Below are positions 17,959 to 26,400 of a stretch of DNA of 60,914 nt, piece by piece. The stretch comes from Gammaproteobacteria bacterium. Lineage in GTDB: Bacteria > Pseudomonadota > Gammaproteobacteria > UBA6429 > Thiohalophilaceae. The translations under genes and the position numbers were made by a program. Location of the stretch: contig JAYSTO010000016.1 in the NCBI GenBank assembly GCA_043719675.1, forward strand, positions 1-60,914, in the 5' to 3' direction. Position 1 is the stretch's first letter, and each line of letters begins with the position of its first letter. The notes beneath the pieces were generated by a model. It was not told the DNA's origin. It worked only from the letters and a program-made list of their open reading frames with translations, and did no database searches.

Positions 17959-18709
17959 TGTGACTGATGCGGTATCTCTGCCGTTGCGCATGAAATTCTT
18001 TGGCAAGTATTGGATGTTGTTGCAAGTGCGTATGCCATCGCTGTAAATCAGTGGGCCGTCGCAAAAACACCCCAATGTTATTTTCGTAAACCGGTGTGGT
18101 CAACCGGTACGCTGCGACAAACTGCTGTTGTAATTTGGGATTATGCAGATAGGCGCAGCGGCGTAACTCACTTGCACTGAGAAAATTAAACACCAACATG
18201 CCCTGCGCCGTCGTGTGCCGCTGTAAAGCGCTAAACCATGGCAACGCCGCTGCCACTACTCGCACTGGCTCACCCTCTTGCTCCGTGAACATATCATCAA
18301 TGATCAGGTCAAATTTAGGGCCATGATATGTCTTAATCCAGGCCAAGGCATCTGCATGAATTAATTTGATGCGCTTGCTGCGCGGCAAAAAAAACCGTTT
18401 CGCCACGTGCAAGTGTATGTGATCCAATTCCACCCCCACCAAGATCGCCTTGGGAAACAGTTGCGCTAATTGCTGCAATACAGTGCCGCCGCCGACGCCC
18501 AATACTAACACCCGCCGACACTGCGCAGAGGTAAGAAACAAACCAGGCAAACTCAACAAGTCCCAGACATTGCCGGTGAGAAACCGCCGTGGGTTATATT
18601 GGGTGTGAAACACACCATCGGTATACAAGCGCCGCGTTTGACCCGCCGTGCGCACCTCGTAGACCTTACCGTTGTGCTGCTTATGCCAGAGGATCGCCAT
18701 GATCGCCAC
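17948..18709 (-). CDS. spermidine-synthase-like class I SAM-dependent methyltransferase-fold protein
   Basis: 253 aa with nucleotide-binding motif VLVLGVGGGTVLQQL and an acidic loop LIIDDMF. It resembles spermine/spermidine synthase-like proteins. Confidence 0.6.
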   Translation of the reverse strand: MAIMAILWHKQHNGKVYEVRTAGQTRRLYTDGVFHTQYNPRRFLTGNVWDLLSLPGLFLTSAQCRRVLVLGVGGGTVLQQLAQLFPKAILVGVELDHIHLHVAKRFFLPRSKRIKLIHADALAWIKTYHGPKFDLIIDDMFTEQEGEPVRVVAAALPWFSALQRHTTAQGMLVFNFLSASELRRCAYLHNPKLQQQFVAAYRLTTPVYENNIGVFLRRPTDLQRWHTHLQQHPILAKEFHAQRQRYRISHISA

Positions 18710-19248
18710 TCGCCGCGCACTGAATGCGCGGCATTACAGCCATTCCATTAAATAGTAAATATACACACCCTCAGAGGATTTTGATGGCCCCAACACGCGC
18801 GCAGCAAACTGCTTACCGGCAACAACACCTGCCTGTGCGCTCTGCGCATCGGCAACAATCTCGACACAGGCCGCCGGATAACGTGTCCGTGTGTTACGCG
18901 GTGTCGTGACAATGGCGTATTGAACGGTGGATACATTCGTCTGTGGATCGGGGGGGACAAAACCGCGCATTATAAGCCTTGTTTATCGACAGTGTCGGCA
19001 AATTGTACCCCGTGTCACCTGCTGTTGATACGTTCGTACGAAGATTTGCCGCTAATCGCTACTGCAATTTGTCATCGTGTACGCCGGTTAATGAGCCGCA
19101 ACCAATACTCAGGTTCGCAGCGCCCGCTTCGCCTCCAGAGTTCAGACACCATTCAGAAAAATCCACCCCCTTATTCAGTTTTGATTCAGCCCTCGGCGGT
19201 AAGCTGGGCACCGTGAACCCACGCATGCCGTACCAAAGGAGAACAACC

Positions 19249-19794
19249 ATGCATACCCAGACACTGAAAATAACCACCTTGGCCTTGAGCCTGTGCTCGG
19301 CAACCGCATTTGCAGCACACGAAAACCGTGCTGAGGGATTTTATGATGAAGCCAATGTGATTAATGTAGAACCCCTCACCCGGACGGTACGCGTCACTGT
19401 ACCGCAACGTGAGTGTTATCAGCAGGAAGTCCGCACCCCGGTGTATCAGGGTGGGCGCAGCAGTGAAGGTGCCACCGTTGTTGGTGGTGTCGTCGGTGGT
19501 ATCCTCGGGCATAAACTCAGCCGTGGCCGTGGCGCTGGCACCGTTGCTGGCACCCTGATCGGCGCGGCAATCGGTAATCAAGTCGGCCAGGCCAATGCGC
19601 AACCGCCGAGTTACCATGAAGAAGTCAGCTACCAGAACCGCTGCGATGTCAGCGAGGTGTCGCATACCGAAGAGCGGATCGATGGATACCGTGTTACTTA
19701 TCGTTACAAAGGCGAAACCTTTACCACACAAATGCCCTATGACCCCGGTAAACACCTGCGCGTACGGGTCAGCGTAGCCCCCGTTAATAATTAA
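19249..19794 (+). CDS. glycine-zipper 2TM outer-membrane/periplasmic protein (YcfJ-like)
   Basis: The ORF 18979-19794 was trimmed to the ATG at 19249, preceded by AAAGGAGAA. It has a signal peptide, the glycine zipper GGVVGGILGH...GAGTVAGTLIGAAIGNQ, and a C-terminal YRVTYRYKGETFTTQMPYDPG segment. Confidence 0.75.
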   Translation: MHTQTLKITTLALSLCSATAFAAHENRAEGFYDEANVINVEPLTRTVRVTVPQRECYQQEVRTPVYQGGRSSEGATVVGGVVGGILGHKLSRGRGAGTVAGTLIGAAIGNQVGQANAQPPSYHEEVSYQNRCDVSEVSHTEERIDGYRVTYRYKGETFTTQMPYDPGKHLRVRVSVAPVNN

Positions 19795-19813
19795 TTGTTA
19801 TCCTTGTCCCGCC

Positions 19814-19857
19814 AGCCAGGCCAGGTAAATTGCCTGACCTGGCTTTTCTGTTTTGTG
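19814..19857 (+). terminator. rho-independent terminator
   Basis: A 12-bp stem with one mismatch (AGCCAGGCCAGG / CCTGACCTGGCT), loop TAAATTG, followed by TTTCTGTTTTGTG. It sits 20 nt after the stop. Confidence 0.7.
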
Positions 19858-20034
19858 CTTATGACCTTCAGCGTGATACCAGCTGCAAACGCCGCCTTTC
19901 CGTAATTTCGCGTGCATTTGACGCATAAAAGAAAAATTTCAATTCGTCACTTTGTTAGGGATTTATTTTATTCTAAATAGTACGCACCGAAGATTGCCTG
20001 GCCATTCAAGTCCTTGCCATGCAATAATCCGCCG

Positions 20035-20850
20035 ATGGGGCAACGCAACAGTATTTACTATTACTTAGTTCGCTATTTCAACTCACTTGGCCGGTTAGAC
20101 GGTAAGGTGGTGGTGGATATTCCTGCGGGCCATGGGCAGATGAGCAGCCCGTTGCAGCAGCAAGGGGCAATCATCAAGGCCCTGGATTTATACCCGGAAA
20201 AGATCCAGGGTGAGGGCATCGAAAAAATCTACGCGGACATGAATCACCGCCTGCCATTGGCGGATGAGTCAGTGGATTTTGTTTTGTGCCTGGAGGGTAT
20301 AGAACATATCCACAATCAATACGGCCTGCTCATGGAACTCAATCGTATCCTCAAAACCGGTGGTAGCCTGATCTTAACCGCACCGAGCCTGTCACATATC
20401 CGCGCGCGGCTATCGACCTTTTTAGTGGAAAGCGAATATTGGAAACGCATGCCGGCCTCGGAAGTCGACAGTGTCTGGTTTTCTGAAACAGAGTCGTCAC
20501 GTATCTACTTTGGTCATATTTATTTAATCAACGCCAGTCATTTGCGTACCTTAACCGCGTTGAGCGGTTTTTCCATCCAGCAACGCTTATGGACCAATCT
20601 CAGCACAAGCTCCATCGTACTATCCGTGTTGTTTTATCCGCTGATTGTGTTGGTGTCGTTTTTCGCTTTGTTCGATTCCTGGCGCAAACACCGAACTGAT
20701 ATGAATGCAGCAAAACGCCGCATTTATTGGGAACAACTGCGTATTAATATTTCACCCGTGACGTTGTTCTGCAAAGATATCTTCTGGGTATTAACCAAAC
20801 AACGCAGCATTCATGAAACCATCGATTATTTACGGCAAATGCAGCGCTAA
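20035..20850 (+). CDS. class I SAM-dependent methyltransferase with C-terminal hydrophobic helix
   Basis: The ORF starting at TTG 20014 was trimmed to the first ATG at 20035. Motif I is VVVDIPAGHGQMS, the post-I acidic residue is in IKALDL, and a TM-like segment IVLSVLFYPLIVLVSFFALF lies near the C-terminus. Confidence 0.65.
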   Translation: MGQRNSIYYYLVRYFNSLGRLDGKVVVDIPAGHGQMSSPLQQQGAIIKALDLYPEKIQGEGIEKIYADMNHRLPLADESVDFVLCLEGIEHIHNQYGLLMELNRILKTGGSLILTAPSLSHIRARLSTFLVESEYWKRMPASEVDSVWFSETESSRIYFGHIYLINASHLRTLTALSGFSIQQRLWTNLSTSSIVLSVLFYPLIVLVSFFALFDSWRKHRTDMNAAKRRIYWEQLRINISPVTLFCKDIFWVLTKQRSIHETIDYLRQMQR

Positions 20851-20869
20851 TCGTACGCAGAGTCCAGAA

Positions 20870-21391
20870 TTATTCGTTAATTGCCGGACCTTGTTTCAGG
20901 CTGTACTTTCCCAAGGCGATGGGTATCTGTAGTTTTTTGTCGGATTTATCCTCACCGTTTTCCACAACCAGAATAATATTGACGTAATACTTATTTTCTT
21001 CTTCCGGGACAACAACAATCCGGTGATTGATTAGTTGATGCTGTTTAATCTCCTGGTACAGAAGAGGTGAGCCCTTTGTTTGCAGGACCAGCCCGTCGCT
21101 GGTGGTATAGCCAAGTTTCAATACATTGATATCTTTTAACGCCAGGTACTCAATTTCGATCTCCAGCTCGTGACCCGCCAATATCTTGGACCTGATCGAG
21201 TAATTCAGTCGCACCGGAAACTCTGCTGCGGGTGACAGGACCGTGGTGGAAGGATCACTATCTCTGGCTTCTTGCAGGCGCTTGTGGATGGCAATGGCAT
21301 CGTCGCCCTGCTTGGCTGAAAAAAACGAGAAATAACTACAGGCACTTAACAGACTCGCCAAACCAAGCAGTAGCATTCGTCGTATTAACAT
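20870..21391 (-). CDS. hypothetical lipoprotein
   Basis: The ORF 20870-21571 was trimmed to the ATG at 21391 (MLIRRMLLLGLASLLSAC, lipobox LSAC). The gene is AT-rich and no family was recognised. Confidence 0.55.
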   Translation of the reverse strand: MLIRRMLLLGLASLLSACSYFSFFSAKQGDDAIAIHKRLQEARDSDPSTTVLSPAAEFPVRLNYSIRSKILAGHELEIEIEYLALKDINVLKLGYTTSDGLVLQTKGSPLLYQEIKQHQLINHRIVVVPEEENKYYVNIILVVENGEDKSDKKLQIPIALGKYSLKQGPAINE

Positions 21392-21763
21392 GCGTAACTC
21401 CGATTGATACAAATTCTTAACCATGGGGTTATTATGCCAAACTCCTGGAAGAAAAAGGTGAACTACGTTAGCAATGCCCCCTGTGAGTCGCAACCACATG
21501 TCAAAATCATGGAAGAACACCATTAATGACCACATTGCACCGACTACTGGGAATCGGGTAGTTATACACAAAATTTACCCAGTGGGGCCCTATTTATCAG
21601 CTACCAGCATTTGTGGCACCCATCACAGTATTGACAGATACGATTAACTTCTAATAATGGAGATACTTAAGGCAGTAACGGGGAGCCCCGCTTCGCCATA
21701 GGTTAAGTAAAATACCCATTACAAGAAACGATATCCCGCCCACAACCAGCAGTGGAAAATACC

Positions 21764-22732
21764 ATGGCCATCTTGAATGATACGGTTTCACATAAAAAAA
21801 GGTTTCTTGCCAGCCTAATCAAGGCCCCCTTTGATCAATTAGCGCAGACCTGCGGTAGCGTCTGGTCATCCGCCGATGAGGTAACCCAGAGCCTACAGCA
21901 TCAGCTCTGCAAGCTCCCGCATTGCCAGCTCCTCTATGCCATTGATAAGACCGGCAAACAACTCAGCGCCAATATCACACGTAATCAGGTTGACAACAGC
22001 TGGCGGGGCCAAGACCTGTCAGCGCGTCCCTACCTCAAAGGTAATCTACCCTACCAGGGCCTGATCCTGTCCCCGGCCTATTTGAGCCAACGCAGCATGC
22101 AACCGTGTATCACCGCCATGCAGGCGGTGCGTCATGCAGATCAGCTCGTGGGATTTATCGCTGCCGATTTTCACCTCAAAGACCTGCCTGTGATGAGCTC
22201 ACCCGCCTTGCGGCGGGCACAGCTACTATCCAATGGGCCTGCTGGCCATGGCAGACCCGGCCGGATCATTAGCAGTGTTGACGATAATATAGATTATTTG
22301 ACCTACGTCTTAATTACCTTGATGCAAGAACACGGGGTTTTTCAGGCACAGATTCATTTCACTAGTGCCCGCTGTGTTTTGTGGTCGATCGATAACCCGT
22401 TTCACTACCAGCTGCACACCGTTGAAGAGTTGATGATGCCTGAATTGTTCATACAGTACCCTGAACAGACCTATATTCAGCAAGCCAACACCGGCCAGGA
22501 AAACATTCCCTTGGTCATGGCGCAGATCAAGGCCTTACGCGAAGGCAATGATACAAATTACCTACGATCCGCCTCCTTGAATATTATTAATAACCTCGTC
22601 AGCCTGACCTTTGTCAGTGACGGCACACAATACATCGCCGCCGGGGAATTTCTCAATCGCGAATTACCTTATTGGCTTGGCAAGCCCGTTCACGCTAACA
22701 TAGAACCTACCGCTTCTCTGCACAAAAACTAA
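21764..22732 (+). CDS. stand-alone PDC/Cache-like sensor-fold protein, no output domain
   Basis: ~322 aa from ATG 21764 (GTG 21752 is also possible). The segment ARPYLKG...LILSPAYLSQRSMQPCITAMQAVRHADQLVGFIAADFHLKDL follows the Cache/PDC pattern (Y-x-S..T.....T...PV....G.L.GV...D..L..L). No signal peptide, TM helix or transmitter domain is visible. Confidence 0.5.
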   Translation: MAILNDTVSHKKRFLASLIKAPFDQLAQTCGSVWSSADEVTQSLQHQLCKLPHCQLLYAIDKTGKQLSANITRNQVDNSWRGQDLSARPYLKGNLPYQGLILSPAYLSQRSMQPCITAMQAVRHADQLVGFIAADFHLKDLPVMSSPALRRAQLLSNGPAGHGRPGRIISSVDDNIDYLTYVLITLMQEHGVFQAQIHFTSARCVLWSIDNPFHYQLHTVEELMMPELFIQYPEQTYIQQANTGQENIPLVMAQIKALREGNDTNYLRSASLNIINNLVSLTFVSDGTQYIAAGEFLNRELPYWLGKPVHANIEPTASLHKN

Positions 22733-22752
22733 ACCACTGAAGGCAATTAATT

Positions 22753-23958
22753 ATGTTGTTTGAATCACAACCTGCAAATATTTCATTGATCAAGATTTTT
22801 TTCTCCGTTACTGCATTGTTGTTATGCCAGCCACTGCTGGCAGCAAACCCGTCCGCAACTACGACGCCACCACCCAAACAAACCCCCGTAACCACATTGC
22901 CCGTTACACCGGTAAATCCTGCGGCTGCACCGGCAAAACCACTCAATACCAATCAGGAGTTGGCAAAAAAAATATGGTTACTGACCAATGGCGACATGAC
23001 CATCACTCATATTAAAGCAGGACTTGGTGGCGGTGAAAGCCAGATGTCGCTATCCATCGACAAGAGCATGGCAGAGAAAATTATCGCTGTGCTCAACCAG
23101 GCCTTTGATCCGGTACCCGAACAAATTCAGGGCTACGTTGCGGAGAAAGGCAACACGGAACAACTTACCGCCATCATCAAATGGCTGGAATCCTTTTATG
23201 GCAAGAAGGTGCGCGAGGCCGAAGCCAAGATGCAAATCCAATACAACGAGCTGGAGCGTACCGTCCCCTTGAAGGAACCAAAATTTTCCAAGGAACGCGA
23301 AGCCCTTTATAAACGCTATGAGCGGATTGCCCTGGAAGCCAACACTAAATTCATTGCCGAGACCGTTGAGTTTTATACGGTGATCAATAACAGCACCAAA
23401 CCACCCACGGAACGTATCGCCCCCAAACAATTAGAGCAAACACTTAAGCTCAACCAGGTTAAAATGCAGAGCCTGACGCAACAATTGTTGCCGCATTTAT
23501 TTGCCTCCACCTATCGCGACCTGATCGTCGACGAGTTAAAAGTGTATATCGATTTTCTGGAGACCCCTGCCGGACAAAGTTATCTGCAACTCACCACGGA
23601 TGCCTACGTCCACGCCTTGCGCAAGACCCGGCCCGAAGTATTGCTCAAACTGGCCGGTATCTTTGAGGATGAGCTTGCCATTTTATCACCCTATTCCAAA
23701 GAAGCGCTGTCTGAAGCAAAACAACAGCAGCTGCTAGTCACGATGATGAAACGTTTTGGGAAACACGCATTGATCGGCGCCATTCTGGAGGTGCGCGGCG
23801 GGCAGATCACCATCTTGCGCAATAACCAGGAGCAAGAGGTCTTCGGTCGCCCCAATCAGGACTTCATCACGGTAAATACCTTGATGAAAGACATGCATAA
23901 AGCGAAGCTTGATATCCGGCGTTATTACCAGCTGGTGCAAAAGCATGCCCGCCAGTAA
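22753..23958 (+). CDS. secreted hypothetical protein with Pro/Thr-rich linker and helical C-terminal region
   Basis: 401 aa with a signal peptide (..LLCQPLLAA), then NPSATTTPPPKQTPVTTLPVTPVNPAAAPAKP, then helical domains. It starts 21 nt after the preceding gene. Confidence 0.6.
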   Translation: MLFESQPANISLIKIFFSVTALLLCQPLLAANPSATTTPPPKQTPVTTLPVTPVNPAAAPAKPLNTNQELAKKIWLLTNGDMTITHIKAGLGGGESQMSLSIDKSMAEKIIAVLNQAFDPVPEQIQGYVAEKGNTEQLTAIIKWLESFYGKKVREAEAKMQIQYNELERTVPLKEPKFSKEREALYKRYERIALEANTKFIAETVEFYTVINNSTKPPTERIAPKQLEQTLKLNQVKMQSLTQQLLPHLFASTYRDLIVDELKVYIDFLETPAGQSYLQLTTDAYVHALRKTRPEVLLKLAGIFEDELAILSPYSKEALSEAKQQQLLVTMMKRFGKHALIGAILEVRGGQITILRNNQEQEVFGRPNQDFITVNTLMKDMHKAKLDIRRYYQLVQKHARQ

Positions 23959-24071
23959 TAAAAACAGGCCCGGTTTTAGGGTATGCTGTGGCACTGAGGC
24001 GGTGCCTCAATAACATATAAAGAATTAAAACGGTTTTAACCGCTATTTATAAAAACGAAAGGGGAACGTTT

Positions 24072-24170
24072 ATGCGCTATTTGTTGCTTGCGTGTTTTTT
24101 ACTAACAGGGGCCTTTGCCTTCGCAATGAAAGAGCGGGGGCATGCGACTCATCATCATAAAACAAGCTGA
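24072..24170 (+). CDS. candidate 32-aa small ORF (signal-peptide-like, His-rich tail)
   Basis: Below the ORF-track size cut-off. The sequence AAAGGGGAACGTTT-ATG is followed by MRYLLLACFLLTGAFAFAMKERGHATHHHKTS*. The stop lies 8 nt before the start of the next gene. Confidence 0.3.
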   Translation: MRYLLLACFLLTGAFAFAMKERGHATHHHKTS

Positions 24171-24178
24171 CCACACCC

Positions 24179-24787
24179 ATGCCCAGCATTTACCAGATTA
24201 AGCCTGCTTTCCAAAATCTGTTGCGCCCACTCACGCGCAAATTGGCAGCGATGGGCGTCACGGCAAATCAAATTACTAATCTTGCGTTGCTGTTATCCAT
24301 CTTGACCGGACTGGCTGTCGCATATTGGTCAACAACCATCACGATATTTTTTCTGGTGCCCGTAGTTATGCTTGTACGCATGGGGCTCAATGCTATTGAT
24401 GGTATGCTGGCGCGTGAACATAACATGAAGACCGCGTTGGGTGCCTTCCTTAACGAGTTGAGTGACGTCATCTCAGATGCGGCGCTGTATCTGCCGTTTG
24501 CGTTGGTTATCCAGATTAATCCGGCATTAGTGGTGGCCGTGGTGATCGCCGCGATTATCAGTGAAATGGCCGGTGTCGTGGCCGTGCAGGTGGGTGCATC
24601 ACGTCGTTATGACGGCCCCATGGGCAAAAGTGATCGGGCCTTCGTGTTTGGCGCAATTGCATTGGCCCTTGGTCTGGAGCTGCCATTGGGAGATGGATTG
24701 AATATCTTGTTGATCGGCATACTGCTATTACTGGTGTTGACCACGATCAACCGTGTGTTATCTGCATTGCAAGAGGTGAAACCATGA
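24179..24787 (+). CDS. CDP-alcohol phosphatidyltransferase-family protein with variant catalytic motif
   Basis: 202 aa and polytopic. The motif region NAIDGMLAR-EHNMKTAL-GAFLNELSD aligns to the canonical DxxDGxxAR-x8-GxxxDxxxD, but the first and third Asp positions are Asn. Confidence 0.8.
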   Translation: MPSIYQIKPAFQNLLRPLTRKLAAMGVTANQITNLALLLSILTGLAVAYWSTTITIFFLVPVVMLVRMGLNAIDGMLAREHNMKTALGAFLNELSDVISDAALYLPFALVIQINPALVVAVVIAAIISEMAGVVAVQVGASRRYDGPMGKSDRAFVFGAIALALGLELPLGDGLNILLIGILLLLVLTTINRVLSALQEVKP

Positions 24788-25725
24788 TCGCGCTACATTT
24801 GCCCGCCAGTGTTCAGATAGCGTTACTCGGGATGTTTGGGTTGTTATTAGTTGCAACGCTCTTTGTCGGTGGCCTGGCTCACTTGCGCCCCGAACGCAAC
24901 TACACCGAACTCACCTTGCGGGTCAAAACCTGGTGGTTGATCGTCGGCGTATTTACCGCCGCCATTGTCGTTAACCACACCGTATCAGTCATCGTCTTGG
25001 CCTTTGTCAGCTTCCTCGCCTTCAAGGAATATTTATCGTTAATCCCCACTCGGCGCACAGATCACCGGGTGCTGCTCTGGGCCTATATCGCCATTCCCTT
25101 TCAATATTATTGGGTGGCGATCGGCTGGTATGGCCTGTTCATTATTTTCATCCCGGTGTATGCCTTTTTATTTCTGCCGATGCGCATGGTGATGATTGGC
25201 GAGACGCAAGGATTTTTACGTGCGGCAGGCACCCTGCACTGGGGATTAATGACCACGGTATTCAGCCTGAGCCACATGGCTTATTTATTGGCCTTGCCGG
25301 ATGCAAAAAATCCAGCCGGCGGTAGTGTCGGCCTGCTGTTATTCCTGGTGTTTCTGACGGAGATCAACGATGTCGCGCAATACATCTGGGGTAAATCCTT
25401 CGGCAAACATAAAGTAACGCCGACCGTCAGCCCGAACAAAACCATGGAAGGACTCCTCGGCGGCGTGCTGACGACAACAGCACTGGCGGTGTTATTAGCC
25501 CCTTGGCTCACCCCTTTAACACCATGGCAATCCGTTGCGGCCGGTGCATTAATCGGTATTGCGGGCTTTGTCGGCGATGTCACCATCTCGGCGGTGAAAC
25601 GTGACATCGGCGTGAAAGACAGCGGCAGTATTTTGCCTGGGCATGGTGGTATCCTGGATCGATTAGACAGTCTTACCTACACCGCACCGTTGTTTTTCCA
25701 CTTTATCTATTTCCTGCATTATTAA
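24784..25725 (+). CDS. phosphatidate cytidylyltransferase (CdsA family)
   Basis: 313 aa and polytopic. It carries the CdsA signature SAVKRDIGVKDSGSILPGHGGILDRLDS. An ATGA overlap links it to the upstream gene. Confidence 0.85.
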   Translation: MIALHLPASVQIALLGMFGLLLVATLFVGGLAHLRPERNYTELTLRVKTWWLIVGVFTAAIVVNHTVSVIVLAFVSFLAFKEYLSLIPTRRTDHRVLLWAYIAIPFQYYWVAIGWYGLFIIFIPVYAFLFLPMRMVMIGETQGFLRAAGTLHWGLMTTVFSLSHMAYLLALPDAKNPAGGSVGLLLFLVFLTEINDVAQYIWGKSFGKHKVTPTVSPNKTMEGLLGGVLTTTALAVLLAPWLTPLTPWQSVAAGALIGIAGFVGDVTISAVKRDIGVKDSGSILPGHGGILDRLDSLTYTAPLFFHFIYFLHY

Positions 25726-25728
25726 CCC

Positions 25729-26400
25729 ATGTTACGCCTGCTGTTTTTTCTTATCATTATTAAACCGCTGGCGATACTGGTGCTGGGCCTGAACATCCGC
25801 CGACACGAGTTGTTACCGGCCAGCGGTCCGGCTATTGTGGTGGCAAACCACAATAGCCACCTGGATACACTGGTATTAATGTCGCTATTTCCGTTACAGT
25901 TGATCGCCAAGGTACACCCGGTGGCAGCGGCGGATTATTTTCTGCGAAACCGCTGGCTGAGTTGGTTTGCCCGCAACGTGATCGGTATCATTCCCTTGGA
26001 GCGTAAACCCAGCGCAAAAGGCGCACAGGTGTTAGCCCCCGTTACTGAGGCGCTTGCCCGCGGGGATATACTGATTTTATTTCCTGAAGGTTCCCGTGGT
26101 GAGCCGGAAAAAATGAGCAAATTCAAGAACGGCATTGCGCATCTGCTCAGCGAACAAACTACGGTCGCGGTAACGCCGGTGTTTTTTTACGGTTTGGGAA
26201 AATCCCTGCCCAAGGGGGAATTATTCTTGGTGCCATTTTTTGTTGACGTGTTTGTCGGCGAGCCTTTAGCTTGGAACGGCGCACGCCAGGCATTCATGGA
26301 GGCGTTAGAATCCAGCATGCAACAGTTACAGCACCAAGCGCAGATCGCCACACGGCATGCGCAAGAATCACCCCCTCAGGCACAACCGAATAAGGAATGA
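25729..26400 (+). CDS. lysophospholipid acyltransferase (PlsC/AGPAT family)
   Basis: 223 aa with the HX4D motif NHNSHLD and block III FPEGSRG. It starts 3 nt after the upstream stop. Confidence 0.85.
   Translation: MLRLLFFLIIIKPLAILVLGLNIRRHELLPASGPAIVVANHNSHLDTLVLMSLFPLQLIAKVHPVAAADYFLRNRWLSWFARNVIGIIPLERKPSAKGAQVLAPVTEALARGDILILFPEGSRGEPEKMSKFKNGIAHLLSEQTTVAVTPVFFYGLGKSLPKGELFLVPFFVDVFVGEPLAWNGARQAFMEALESSMQQLQHQAQIATRHAQESPPQAQPNKE

Noticed and set aside
19186-19755. 189-aa minus-strand ORF
   Set aside because: It is antisense to the glycine-zipper protein gene. Its composition (Gly/Ala/Thr-rich mirror of the sense strand) is typical of a shadow ORF.
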